DNA of 64,000 bases from assembly GCA_026395295.1 (NCBI GenBank), contig JAPLYZ010000012.1, forward strand, positions 1,299 to 65,298, written 5' to 3'. Numbering within the stretch: the stretch's first letter is position 1; each line of letters opens with the position of its first letter. Below the pieces are notes generated by a model. The model did not search any database, was not told the DNA's origin, and worked only from the letters and a program-made list of their open reading frames with translations. Positions 16,834 through 25,212 of the stretch are shown piece by piece. Source of the stretch: Candidatus Staskawiczbacteria bacterium. Its GTDB lineage: Bacteria > Patescibacteriota > Minisyncoccia > Minisyncoccales > Staskawiczbacteraceae. The translations under genes were made by a program, and so were the position numbers.

Positions 16834-17406
16834 ATGATAGAAAGATTTAGGCAAGCGAGGGCTATGAGGGAAATGTGGGGGTCCATTACGATTAACACCC
16901 GCCACGACAGATCCTTTGAAGAATTGGTTGCAGCTGGTAACTATGCTCATGTCGACAAAGATATAAGTCCAGAGCATTTTCCTTTCCCAAAAAGCGATAA
17001 CGATGCCGAAGAACAAATCGTCTTTTTCCGGTTTGACCATCGGCGTTTCAGCCAAATTTTTAAGAGGGTTGTAACGTTCAAGGAGATTATTGGAAGAATA
17101 CATAGGGACAAGGCGAGAGGTTACTTGCCAATAGGCATAGAGGAGCTTCTTACTATCGGGGAGAAATTCACAAATCTTAGCCCACTGGTTGCGTTGGCCG
17201 CCGTGTGGAAGTATTCTATCCCCAATGTTATTGTCACCTCCTCGGGAAAGCGAATTAATGCTTTAATAATGGTGGATGCTTTCCCATGCATTTTTGAGGC
17301 CGATGGCGGTCGTTATCTTGGTTTGAGGCGTTTCTTCGCCCCTCCTGAGGCACAGAAATGGGAGACTGATTGGAGGTTTGGCGCGATCGATAATTTAGGT
17401 CGGTGA
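16834..17406 (+). CDS. hypothetical protein (higher-GC islet gene)
   Basis: 190-aa ORF with a strong SD (ttggaggcttATG), elevated GC and its own terminator. No family recognised. Confidence 0.5.
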   Translation: MIERFRQARAMREMWGSITINTRHDRSFEELVAAGNYAHVDKDISPEHFPFPKSDNDAEEQIVFFRFDHRRFSQIFKRVVTFKEIIGRIHRDKARGYLPIGIEELLTIGEKFTNLSPLVALAAVWKYSIPNVIVTSSGKRINALIMVDAFPCIFEADGGRYLGLRRFFAPPEAQKWETDWRFGAIDNLGR

Positions 17407-17427
17407 GATTCTCGCCGGCTTTTTTTT
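17401..17427 (+). terminator. intrinsic terminator overlapping the stop codon of 16834-17406
   Basis: cggtgag-att-ctcgccg (one G-U pair) followed by gcttttttttt. Confidence 0.6.
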
Positions 17428-17454
17428 ATTAAAAAAATATGATAAGATGTCAAC

Positions 17455-18669
17455 ATGCGAAAATTAGATAGAAAAAATATAAGAGTTGTGGTTGCAATGT
17501 CAGGAGGGGTTGATTCAAGCGTGGCGGCTGCCTTATTAAAAAGGCAGGGTTCTTGTGCTGAGCCGGGTCGAAGCATTGACGTGGTTGGAATTTTTATGAA
17601 ATTTTGGTCCGACCAAAGCGCTTCGCGCATTGTGACGGATAAAAAAGATAACACTAATCGATGTTGCAGTTTAGAAAGCGAGAAATTGGCAAGGTTGGTT
17701 GCCAAAAAAATTGGCATTCCATTTTATGTTTTAAACGTGGAGAAAGAATTCAAGAAAAAAGTTGTTGATTATTTTTTGGAAGAATACAAAAAAGGGAATA
17801 CTCCCAACCCCTGTGTAGTTTGCAACAAAGAAATTAAATTTGGATTTTTAATAAAAAAAGCGCTGGAGCTTGGCGCTGATTTTGTTGCCACCGGCCATTA
17901 CACCCGCATTTCTGTCATTCCCAGCTTGACTGGGAATCCAGGAAAAGTAGAAAACACTCTGGATTCCCGCTTTCGCGGGAATGACAAGAGACAATTCAAA
18001 TTATTAAAGGGAAAAGACAAAAATAAAGACCAAAGCTATTTTTTGTGGCAATTAAGTCAGGAACAGTTAAGCCATGTATTGTTTCCGGTTGGAGGATATA
18101 TAAAACCGGAAGTAAGAAAGTTGGCTAGAAAATTTAATTTGCCCACAGCAGAAACTCCGGAATCGCAGGAGGTTTGTTTTGTTTCTGACAGTGTAAACAA
18201 TTTTTTAAAAAAGTATCTCAAACCAAGCCCGGGCGAGATAAAAAACGCGGATGGGGAAATTTTGGGACAGCACAATGGTTTGTGGTTTTATACAATTGGT
18301 CAGAGGAGGGGATTGGAAATTGCTCAAGGGCCGTGGTATGTTGTTGGAAAGGATTTTAAAAAAAATGCGCTGATTATTTCTAAAAATAAAAAAAATTTGC
18401 TAAAAAAAGAACTAATTGTTAAAAACGTAAATTGGGTTTCTGATGAATACGCTGAATTCTGCGGTCGCAGAAAAAAAAGTATCCTTGATGTTGAGGTTAA
18501 AATAAGATACAAAAGCAATTTTGCCAAAGCTAAAATTTTTAGTGTCGGAAAAAATAAAGTAAAAGTTGTTTTTCAAAAACCTCAGCAAGCAATTACCCCA
18601 GGCCAGTCTGCTGTGTTCTATAAAGGCAAAGAATTACTTGGTGGAGGCGTAATTATAGCTGACGATTAA
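17455..18669 (+). CDS. mnmA: tRNA-specific 2-thiouridylase MnmA
   Basis: PP-loop AMSGGVDSS, catalytic CC...NPCVVCN, ATGHY and KDQSYFLW. A 74-nt repeat is inserted in frame between ATGHY and KDQSYFL. Confidence 0.9.
   Translation: MRKLDRKNIRVVVAMSGGVDSSVAAALLKRQGSCAEPGRSIDVVGIFMKFWSDQSASRIVTDKKDNTNRCCSLESEKLARLVAKKIGIPFYVLNVEKEFKKKVVDYFLEEYKKGNTPNPCVVCNKEIKFGFLIKKALELGADFVATGHYTRISVIPSLTGNPGKVENTLDSRFRGNDKRQFKLLKGKDKNKDQSYFLWQLSQEQLSHVLFPVGGYIKPEVRKLARKFNLPTAETPESQEVCFVSDSVNNFLKKYLKPSPGEIKNADGEILGQHNGLWFYTIGQRRGLEIAQGPWYVVGKDFKKNALIISKNKKNLLKKELIVKNVNWVSDEYAEFCGRRKKSILDVEVKIRYKSNFAKAKIFSVGKNKVKVVFQKPQQAITPGQSAVFYKGKELLGGGVIIADD
17913..17986. repeat. composite family-1 element in frame in mnmA
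   Basis: tgtcattcccagcttgactgggaatccagg-aaaagtagaaaacact-ctggattcccgctttcgcgggaatgaca, encoding SVIPSLTGNPGKVENTLDSRFRGNDK. Confidence 0.85.
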
Positions 18670-18684
18670 TATACCCTGTCACTC

Positions 18685-18713
18685 TTGACAGAGTTCAGCA
18701 TAAATGCTAAGAT
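18685..18713 (+). promoter_or_regulatory. candidate promoter of the GC-rich two-gene island
   Basis: TTGACA (18685-18690), 17-nt spacer, TAAGAT (18708-18713). The same -10 hexamer occurs in the csoR and tuf candidate promoters. Confidence 0.45.
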
Positions 18714-18775
18714 TGGAGGATATGAGGCTATGGCTTCATTTGTCCTTTGACAATTGCATATTGTAGCTTTCCGCT

Positions 18776-19051
18776 TTGCGGGAGGCGTATGTTTTTGCGA
18801 TGGGACAAAACCTACACATAGATTGTATGAAAAAATTGATTGCATTGACGGTGGCGGCAGTGTTGCTCGGCGGTATTGCCATTTGGCGTTCGAACAACGC
18901 AGTGAGCCCAGTGGTTCAACCGGCGCCTGTGAAAAACACGGCGGCGACGACCCAGCCGAAACAACTGAAGCCGGGCGTTGACCCGCGGACAGTGGCGGAG
19001 CTCAAAAAAGCCGGATTTTCCGGCGAGTTTCACAGCATTTCGGTGAAGTAA
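18776..19051 (+). CDS. small signal-anchored hypothetical protein (GC-rich island)
   Basis: ATG 18776 has the SD gggagg. The alternative start at 18827 gives MKKLIALTVAAVLLGGIAIW, a signal/anchor. No family recognised. Confidence 0.45.
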   Translation: MREAYVFAMGQNLHIDCMKKLIALTVAAVLLGGIAIWRSNNAVSPVVQPAPVKNTAATTQPKQLKPGVDPRTVAELKKAGFSGEFHSISVK

Positions 19052-19093
19052 ACAACAAAACAAACAAAACAAAAACAACAGGAAGATAGAACT

Positions 19094-20245
19094 ATGAAGT
19101 CAATCAAAAACATCGGCGCCATCACATTGATGGCGATAACCCTCACATTGAACCTTAACGCGGACGTGGCTGCCAAGGCAGGTGGTCCCGTAATCCCACC
19201 AACGGTGACGGACGTCACCCAACTGGTGACGAACTCCGCGGCTTGGAGTGCCGCCTTGCTGGACGCCAAAGCGGATCGCTACGATGGTGTCTTCTACATG
19301 TACAACATGCAAGGAGCCTCTATCGGCTACGGACTGTTTACAATGAAGCCCTTTAACGGGATCTTCATGATTAGCCGATTCAATGTCGGCGAGACCAACG
19401 AGGTCTACATCGATCCGACGAAGCCACTACCTGGCTTCCCAAGCATCGGTGAAGCTTGCCAGCTTCAGATGTATGTCAACGGTTACGCCAAGATGTCCAA
19501 TGGGCAAGATCGCAACACTCGTTATGGTTCGTTCTGGTCTGGAAATTTCCAGCCAGGCGATGCGATTGACATCAGCATTAACCCAAATCAAGTTCAGATG
19601 GTGCTAGCTGTGAATGGGTTGGTGGGAGACCACAACAACATGACACTTCAGGCCAACGGAGGATATGGCTACTACGACCAGTACCTATCAGGCCTCCTCG
19701 GGCAAACAGTGTTCACCGTTTACGTGGATCCAATTCAGGATCCTATCGGCAGTACTGTCAATTGGATAATTACTGACCGCAGTAATGGATCTACGTGGAG
19801 TGGCCAAACCACGGTTAGCCGCGGTTTGGGAGTTACCACTGTGGATGCTAGCACGTCGGGGATGAAATTCTCGAACGCCGGTGGCGTTGAGGAGGTCATT
19901 CTAAAACCCGGCGAGTCTCGCTACTCGTCCGGGACGTACCGTTCGGCTTCTCCATGGCTCGCTTGGACTAATGCGGTTACATACCTTATTGTTCCCGCCG
20001 ACGCCGGAGAGATGGTGAACGTGGAAACCGGCGGATTCGCCGTGTTCACGGTAGAAGGGTTTAACAACGGTGTTTTCACAAACGCCGCTCCTTCCACCGG
20101 TTTCAGGAACGAGGCTTACGGGCTTTCCGGCTATGCTGGTTATAGGATTATCGTGACGTCATTGCTGGTCCCGAGCGAGAAAACCTTCGGCATCTATGTC
20201 TGGAAGAGCGGAACCACAAGCAGCAGCGGCGGCATGGGCAAGTAG
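19094..20245 (+). CDS. secreted hypothetical protein (GC-rich island)
   Basis: Signal peptide MKSIKNIGAITLMAITLTLNLNA, 383 aa, Gly/Thr/Asn-rich and probably all-beta. About 60% GC in the sampled line 19141-19200. No family recognised. Confidence 0.6.
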   Translation: MKSIKNIGAITLMAITLTLNLNADVAAKAGGPVIPPTVTDVTQLVTNSAAWSAALLDAKADRYDGVFYMYNMQGASIGYGLFTMKPFNGIFMISRFNVGETNEVYIDPTKPLPGFPSIGEACQLQMYVNGYAKMSNGQDRNTRYGSFWSGNFQPGDAIDISINPNQVQMVLAVNGLVGDHNNMTLQANGGYGYYDQYLSGLLGQTVFTVYVDPIQDPIGSTVNWIITDRSNGSTWSGQTTVSRGLGVTTVDASTSGMKFSNAGGVEEVILKPGESRYSSGTYRSASPWLAWTNAVTYLIVPADAGEMVNVETGGFAVFTVEGFNNGVFTNAAPSTGFRNEAYGLSGYAGYRIIVTSLLVPSEKTFGIYVWKSGTTSSSGGMGK

Positions 20246-20277
20246 GGATCGATTTCCTCACGGAATTTGATTCGCAA

Positions 20278-20311
20278 GCGCTAACTAGAAATAGTTGGCG
20301 CCCTTTTTTTG
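20278..20311 (+). terminator. intrinsic terminator of the GC-rich island
   Basis: gcgctaacta-gaaa-tagttggcgc followed by cctttttttg. Confidence 0.7.
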
Positions 20312-20346
20312 TTTCGTCTCTAATATGATTTTATCGCTAAAATAAT

Positions 20347-20390
20347 CATCGTTGTAATAACTGTGCGACCGCACAATCATTACAACGATG
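20347..20390. repeat. nested hairpin of unknown function
   Basis: The 12-bp stem catcgttgtaat/attacaacgatg encloses a second stem tgtgcg/cgcaca. There is no T-tract. Confidence 0.6.
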
Positions 20391-20413
20391 TATGGAGAAT
20401 ATAAAAGTATAGG

Positions 20414-20461
20414 TTATTCACAGTGTTTGCTATTGACACAGGATTTTGGTTTTGCTAAGAT
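20414..20461 (+). promoter_or_regulatory. candidate csoR promoter with upstream TTATTCACA (DnaA-box consensus TTATNCACA) motif
   Basis: TTATTCACA at 20414-20422, TTGACA at 20433-20438, 17-nt spacer, TAAGAT at 20456-20461. Confidence 0.45.
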
Positions 20462-20470
20462 GATAATATA

Positions 20471-20487
20471 TACCTATACCATAGGTA
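20471..20487. promoter_or_regulatory. candidate CsoR operator palindrome
   Basis: tacctat-acc-ataggta inverted repeat, immediately downstream of the -10 and upstream of csoR. Confidence 0.4.
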
Positions 20488-20515
20488 GAGGTAGTAAATT
20501 AAATAAAAAAATATT

Positions 20516-20788
20516 ATGATGATTAACAAAAAGAAAACCTTGGTGGGTTTTAAAAAGGCGCATAGTTTGCTGGCTAGAATAATTGATATGACAGAAAAAG
20601 ATGAATATTGCATTGATATTATGCAGCAAAATTTGGCTGTTGTGGGACTTTTGAGGTCGGCTCACGAAATGCTGATGGAAAACCATTTGAACTCTTGTTT
20701 TAAAAATGCTATGGCGTCAAAAAATGAAAGAAAGAAAAAACAAATGACAGAAGAAATTTTGAAAGTGACAAAACTATTCAATAAGTAA
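20516..20788 (+). CDS. csoR: CsoR/RcnR/FrmR family metal-sensing repressor
   Basis: 90-aa all-helical protein with a DUF156 pattern (KKAHSLLARI...DEYCIDIMQQ...H...C). Heads a copper gene cluster. Confidence 0.75.
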   Translation: MMINKKKTLVGFKKAHSLLARIIDMTEKDEYCIDIMQQNLAVVGLLRSAHEMLMENHLNSCFKNAMASKNERKKKQMTEEILKVTKLFNK

Positions 20789-20808
20789 AAAGCTAAATAA
20801 AGAAGTTT

Positions 20809-20876
20809 TGTCATTCCCAACTTGATTGGGAATCCAGAAAAATTTGACCCTGGATTCCCGCTTTCGCGGGAATGAC
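20809..20876. repeat. composite family-1 palindromic element
   Basis: tgtcattcccaacttgattgggaatccag-aaaaatttgacc-ctggattcccgctttcgcgggaatgac. Confidence 0.85.
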
Positions 20877-20886
20877 GATAATTATA

Positions 20887-22278
20887 ATGACCAAAGAACA
20901 CATTTATAAAGTTGAGGGAATGCACTGCGCTTCGTGCGAAATTTTGATTGAGAAAAAACTTTTGGATTTGCCAAACATCAAATCAGTTGATGCCTCAAAC
21001 GGAAGAGGGGAGGTGGTTGTGGAATATGAAGGTGACAGGCCTAATCCGGAAAGATTAAGCATAATTTTCGAAAAAGAAAACTATAAGTTTGCCGACTTCG
21101 CCACGCCGAAGTCCCGCCAAAGCGGGGCGGAGGCGGGCCTGCCTGAAAAGAAGACCAGTCCAACCTTAGTGGCTTTCAATATAGCAATTTTCATAATTAT
21201 TGCTTTCTTGGTTTTAGATAAAATTGGAGTTGCTAATTTTCTTAGCTTGAGTTCAACGTCTTCTTTGTTCACGTTTTTCGGCTTTGGTTTGCTGGCAGGG
21301 GTTTCTTCTTGCGCCGCATTGGTTGGAGGGATTGTTTTATCAATGTCAAAACAATGGGATAGTCTTTACGCCGACGGGCAATCAAATTTAAAGAAGCTAC
21401 AACCGCACATTATGTTTAATGTTGGCAGGGTTATCTCTTACATCGTTCTGGGCGGAGTTTTGGGAATGATAGGAAGCAGGTTGCAAATTTCTCCTCAATT
21501 TACCGGATACTTAGTTGTTGCAATTTCTTTATTAATGATTGCTTTGGGTTTGCAGATGCTTGGAGTAAAAGCATTCAGAAAATTTCAGATTACAGCACCG
21601 AAAACAGCGACCAGATATGTTGCAAACGAGAGTAACTTCCAAGGGAAGTATGCGCCGTTTATTATGGGAGCTTTGACTTTTTTCTTGCCTTGCGGATTCA
21701 CGATTACTGCGCAAAGCTTGGCGCTTTTATCGGGCAATGCATTTGGAGGGGCAATGATTATGGGAGCATTTGCTTTGGGAACAGTTCCGACATTGTTATT
21801 TATCGGGCTTTCCAGTGTTAAGTTTTCTGGCAAACCGCATTTAGCAGAACGGTTTTCCAAAGTTGCCGGATTTCTGGTTTTGTTTTTTGCTTTATTTAAC
21901 ATTTCAAATCAGTTCACGGTTTTAGGAATTAGTTTTAATCAGCCACCCGCTTCTGCGCAGAACTCCGGCGTGGCAAATCAAGACGGATTGGCTCAAGTTG
22001 TTGATGGCAAGCAGGTCATACAAATGACAGCCTCTGGCTCAAACGACTCTCCAAATTATTTTAAGGTGAAAGCCGGGGTTCCTGTAAGATGGGAAATTAC
22101 AGGAACTAACTCGCTTGGATGCAATGGCGCGATTATTTCTAACAATTTATTTGATGGCGCAGTTGACTTAACTCCGGGCCAGCTTTCGGTAAAAGAATTT
22201 ACTCCGCAAACCGCGGGTAAATATGGATTTAGTTGCACCATGGGAATGATTAGGGGAACAATAGAAGTCATCAACTGA
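20887..22278 (+). CDS. HMA domain / TauE-SafE-like permease / C-terminal cupredoxin-like fusion protein
   Basis: N-terminal YKVEGMHCASCE heavy-metal-associated domain, a multi-TM core and a C-terminal beta domain (YFKVKAGVPVRWEITG...GFSCTMGMIRGTIEV). The tracked start 20872 lies inside the repeat; ATG 20887 is preferred. Confidence 0.7.
   Translation: MTKEHIYKVEGMHCASCEILIEKKLLDLPNIKSVDASNGRGEVVVEYEGDRPNPERLSIIFEKENYKFADFATPKSRQSGAEAGLPEKKTSPTLVAFNIAIFIIIAFLVLDKIGVANFLSLSSTSSLFTFFGFGLLAGVSSCAALVGGIVLSMSKQWDSLYADGQSNLKKLQPHIMFNVGRVISYIVLGGVLGMIGSRLQISPQFTGYLVVAISLLMIALGLQMLGVKAFRKFQITAPKTATRYVANESNFQGKYAPFIMGALTFFLPCGFTITAQSLALLSGNAFGGAMIMGAFALGTVPTLLFIGLSSVKFSGKPHLAERFSKVAGFLVLFFALFNISNQFTVLGISFNQPPASAQNSGVANQDGLAQVVDGKQVIQMTASGSNDSPNYFKVKAGVPVRWEITGTNSLGCNGAIISNNLFDGAVDLTPGQLSVKEFTPQTAGKYGFSCTMGMIRGTIEVIN
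21091..21145. repeat. GC-rich hairpin cluster in frame in the HMA-permease CDS
   Basis: gacttcg-ccacgc-cgaagtc and cccgc-caaa-gcggg, encoding FADFATPKSRQSGAEAGLP. It shares gccgaagtcccgcc(a/g)aagc with the intergenic copy at 28074-28113. Confidence 0.75.
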
Positions 22279-22287
22279 GAAACCCTA

Positions 22288-22384
22288 AATCCAAAGTTCA
22301 AATATCAAATCAAATCCAAAGCTCAAATGCGTTTTGAAATTGGGATTTTGAACTTGATTTGAAATTAGAATTTTGAAATTTTAA
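22288..22384. repeat. AT-rich 'tcaaat / atttga' word hairpin
   Basis: The left arm is rich in tcaaat words (22288-22330) and the right arm in their complement atttga/tttgaa (22331-22380). The inverted repeat is imperfect. Confidence 0.65.
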
Positions 22385-22387
22385 ATT

Positions 22388-22594
22388 ATGGTAAAAGCTA
22401 CATCTAAAACAACACTAAACAAAATTATTGGAATGAAAAATGGGGAAAAAATTCTATTGAAGCACAGTGTGCCGTGTTTGTCGTGCCCCATGGCTTCGTT
22501 TGAAATTGATAAATTAAAAATTGGCGAAGTCTGCAAAATGTACGGGTTGAATCTTAAAAAAATATTAAAAGAGTTGAACGAAATAAAAAAATGA
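22388..22594 (+). CDS. DUF1858 domain protein (redox-disulfide-type small protein)
   Basis: 68 aa with VPCLSCPMA...IGEVCKMYG. Family recalled as DUF1858. Stop overlaps the copA start (ATGA). Confidence 0.6.
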   Translation: MVKATSKTTLNKIIGMKNGEKILLKHSVPCLSCPMASFEIDKLKIGEVCKMYGLNLKKILKELNEIKK

Positions 22595-24762
22595 AAAAGA
22601 TAGTTTTAAAAATTGGAGGTATGACCTGCGCTTCTTGCGCTTCGGTTATTGAATATGGATTGAGAAAAGAGAAAGGAATCACTTCTGCCAGCGTTAACAT
22701 TGCTTCGGAAAAAGCCTACCTTGATTTTGACGACCAAAAAATTACAGAAAAAGATATAGAAAAAACAATAAAAGATTTGGGATACAGGGTTGTTAAAGAC
22801 GAGATGGAAAATGGGGCGAGAGGTTTGAGGAATAGATTTTGGTTATCTTTGGTTTTAGGTTTGCCAATTATTTTTACAATGATTCCGGGGTTAATGGGTC
22901 TGCCGAAATATATTCAGGCGATTTTATCTGCTTTGGTTATTTTAGTTTGTTTTGATATTTGGAAATCCGGATTTAAAAAGTTGGTTAAATTGGCGCCGAA
23001 CATGGATTCATTGATCTTTATCGGAACGGCTGTGGCATTTTTTTATAGTTTATCGCAATTGTTTTTGGGACGGGCCAAAGGATACCCCGTTTATTTTGAA
23101 AGCGCAGTTTTCATTTTGATTTTTATCTCGTTGGGAAAGTATTTAGAGGCTGTGACGAAAGGCAAAACATCGGCGGCGATTAAAAGTTTGATGGGGCTTC
23201 AACCGAAAGTGGCAACGATAATAAAAAATGGCAGGGAATTGGAAGTTCTAATATCAGAAGTACAAGTTGGAGATGTTATTTTGGTAAAACCCGGTCAGAA
23301 AATTCCGGTTGACGGAATTGTTGTTGATGGGTATTCTGGCGTTGACGAAAAAGCAATTACAGGAGAATCAATTCCGGTTGAAAAGAAAAAAGGCGATGAG
23401 ATTATTGGAGCCACAATAAATAAAACAGGTGTTTTGAAATTCAAAGCGACAAGAATCGGAAAAGATACAATGCTTTCGCAAATTATCAAAATTGTGGAAG
23501 ATGCCATGGGAAGCAAAGCTCCAATTCAGCTTTTAGCCGATAAAGTTTCTTTTTATTTTGTGCCTGCTGTAATCGTTATAGCCTTAGCGTCGGGACTAGT
23601 TTGGTTTTTAGCAGTTCATCAGCTTGCAATGGCTCTTACTGTCTTTGTCGCTGTATTAATAATTGCTTGTCCATGCGCATTGGGATTGGCGACCCCAACA
23701 GCGGTGATGATGGGAGCCGGTTTAGCGGCAAAAAGCGGAATTTTAATAAAGTCTTCTAAAGCTTTAGAAGTGGCAAAAGATGTGAATATGGTTGTTTTTG
23801 ATAAAACAGGCACGCTGACCAAAGGCGAGCCGATTGTAACAGATGTAATGCCGATAAATTCAAATTTCAAATTTCAAATTTCAAATTTAATTCAGATTGC
23901 GGCGTCGGTGGAGAAAAATTCAGAGCATCCTTTGGCGCAGGCAATTGTGAATAAAGCGAAGGAAAAAAATCTTGCCCCGAGCGAAGTCGAAGGGTTTCAG
24001 GCAATTCCGGGCAAAGGGGTTATTGGAAAAATCCAAATTTCAAATTTCAAATTTCAAAACATTTTACTGGGGACAAGGAAACTTATGAAAGACAATAAAA
24101 TTTCTGTTGACGCTATAGAAGAAAAGATGGCGGCGCTTGAAAACCAGGGGAAAACAGCAATGGTTTTAGCTATCTCGGGAAAAGTTGTGGGAATTATCGC
24201 AGTGGCTGATGTTTTGAAGGAAAATTCCAAACAAGCAGTTGATATGTTGCACAAAATGGGTAAGTCTGTGGCGATTATTACAGGAGATAACAAAAGAGTG
24301 GGTGAGGCAATTGCTAAACAGCTTGGGGTAGACCGGGTGCTGGCGGAAGTCCTTCCACAAGGAAAATCTGATGAAATTAAAAAATTGCAGGCCGAGGGGA
24401 AAATTGTGGCAATGGTGGGTGATGGAATTAATGATGCGCCGGCCTTGGCTCAGGCAAATCTGGGAATTGCTTTGGGATCTGGTACAGATGTGGCAATGGA
24501 AACAGGGGAAATTGTTTTGATAAAAGATGATTTAAGAGATGTTGTAAAAGCAATCGATCTGAGCAGGTATACTTTGAATAAGATAAAACAAAATTTATTT
24601 TGGGCGTTTTTTTACAACATAATTGGAATACCAATCGCTGCAGGAGTTTTCTTTCCACTGACAGGTTGGCTGTTAAGTCCTTCTATTGCCGCCGGGGCTA
24701 TGGCGTTTTCTTCTGTTAGTGTTGTATTGAATTCTTTGAGTATGAAGTTTCACGGTGTTTGA
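22591..24762 (+). CDS. copA: copper-translocating P1B-type ATPase
   Basis: N-terminal GMTCASC HMA domain, TGES, CPC (ACPCALGLATP), DKTGTLT and GDGINDAP. Two in-frame caaattt repeats in the N-domain. Confidence 0.9.
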   Translation: MKKIVLKIGGMTCASCASVIEYGLRKEKGITSASVNIASEKAYLDFDDQKITEKDIEKTIKDLGYRVVKDEMENGARGLRNRFWLSLVLGLPIIFTMIPGLMGLPKYIQAILSALVILVCFDIWKSGFKKLVKLAPNMDSLIFIGTAVAFFYSLSQLFLGRAKGYPVYFESAVFILIFISLGKYLEAVTKGKTSAAIKSLMGLQPKVATIIKNGRELEVLISEVQVGDVILVKPGQKIPVDGIVVDGYSGVDEKAITGESIPVEKKKGDEIIGATINKTGVLKFKATRIGKDTMLSQIIKIVEDAMGSKAPIQLLADKVSFYFVPAVIVIALASGLVWFLAVHQLAMALTVFVAVLIIACPCALGLATPTAVMMGAGLAAKSGILIKSSKALEVAKDVNMVVFDKTGTLTKGEPIVTDVMPINSNFKFQISNLIQIAASVEKNSEHPLAQAIVNKAKEKNLAPSEVEGFQAIPGKGVIGKIQISNFKFQNILLGTRKLMKDNKISVDAIEEKMAALENQGKTAMVLAISGKVVGIIAVADVLKENSKQAVDMLHKMGKSVAIITGDNKRVGEAIAKQLGVDRVLAEVLPQGKSDEIKKLQAEGKIVAMVGDGINDAPALAQANLGIALGSGTDVAMETGEIVLIKDDLRDVVKAIDLSRYTLNKIKQNLFWAFFYNIIGIPIAAGVFFPLTGWLLSPSIAAGAMAFSSVSVVLNSLSMKFHGV
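23857..23890. repeat. heptamer tandem repeat (caaattt x4) inside copA, in frame
   Basis: aatt caaattt caaattt caaattt caaattt aa, encoding NSNFKFQISNL. Confidence 0.85.
24033..24060. repeat. heptamer tandem repeat (caaattt x3) inside copA, in frame
   Basis: c caaattt caaattt caaattt caaaac, encoding QISNFKFQN. Confidence 0.85.
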
Positions 24763-24801
24763 TTATTAAATAAAAATATGATTAAATAGATTTATACAAA
24801 C

Positions 24802-25212
24802 ATGGATAAAGCTGTAATAATTATAATAATCATAATAGTTTTGGTCGGCGTTGGTTTTTGGGCGTGGCAATCGGGAATTTTTAGCAAGGTAACTGTGCAA
24901 CCCACTCCCTTGCCTCCGGGAATAGTTTTGTTTTATGGTGATGGATGTCCTCATTGCAAAGATGTGGAAGATTTTATCAGTCAAAATAAAATTGAAGACA
25001 AAGTAAAAATAACACGTTTAGAAGTTTGGTATAATAAAAGCAACGTGCTATTGCTGGGACAGATTGCGCAAAAGTGCGGGGTAGCAGGAGACTCGGTCGG
25101 CGTTCCATTTTTATACGACCCGCCTAGCGTCGAGGCTGGCGGTAATGGGGCGTGTTATATTGGAGAAATTGACGTGCCAAATTTTTTAAAAAATGCAGCT
25201 GGTATCAAATAA
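24802..25212 (+). CDS. membrane-anchored thioredoxin-fold protein (CPHC)
   Basis: N-terminal TM helix, then LFYGDGCPHCKDVEDFI, a thioredoxin/glutaredoxin-like CxxC. Confidence 0.6.
   Translation: MDKAVIIIIIIIVLVGVGFWAWQSGIFSKVTVQPTPLPPGIVLFYGDGCPHCKDVEDFISQNKIEDKVKITRLEVWYNKSNVLLLGQIAQKCGVAGDSVGVPFLYDPPSVEAGGNGACYIGEIDVPNFLKNAAGIK

Noticed and set aside
22288-24060. CRISPR array suggested by periodic short repeats (caaattt / tcaaat words)
   Set aside because: The units are 6-7 nt and tandem or inverted, without unique spacers of 25-40 nt, and no cas genes are present. Two of the arrays are translated inside copA.
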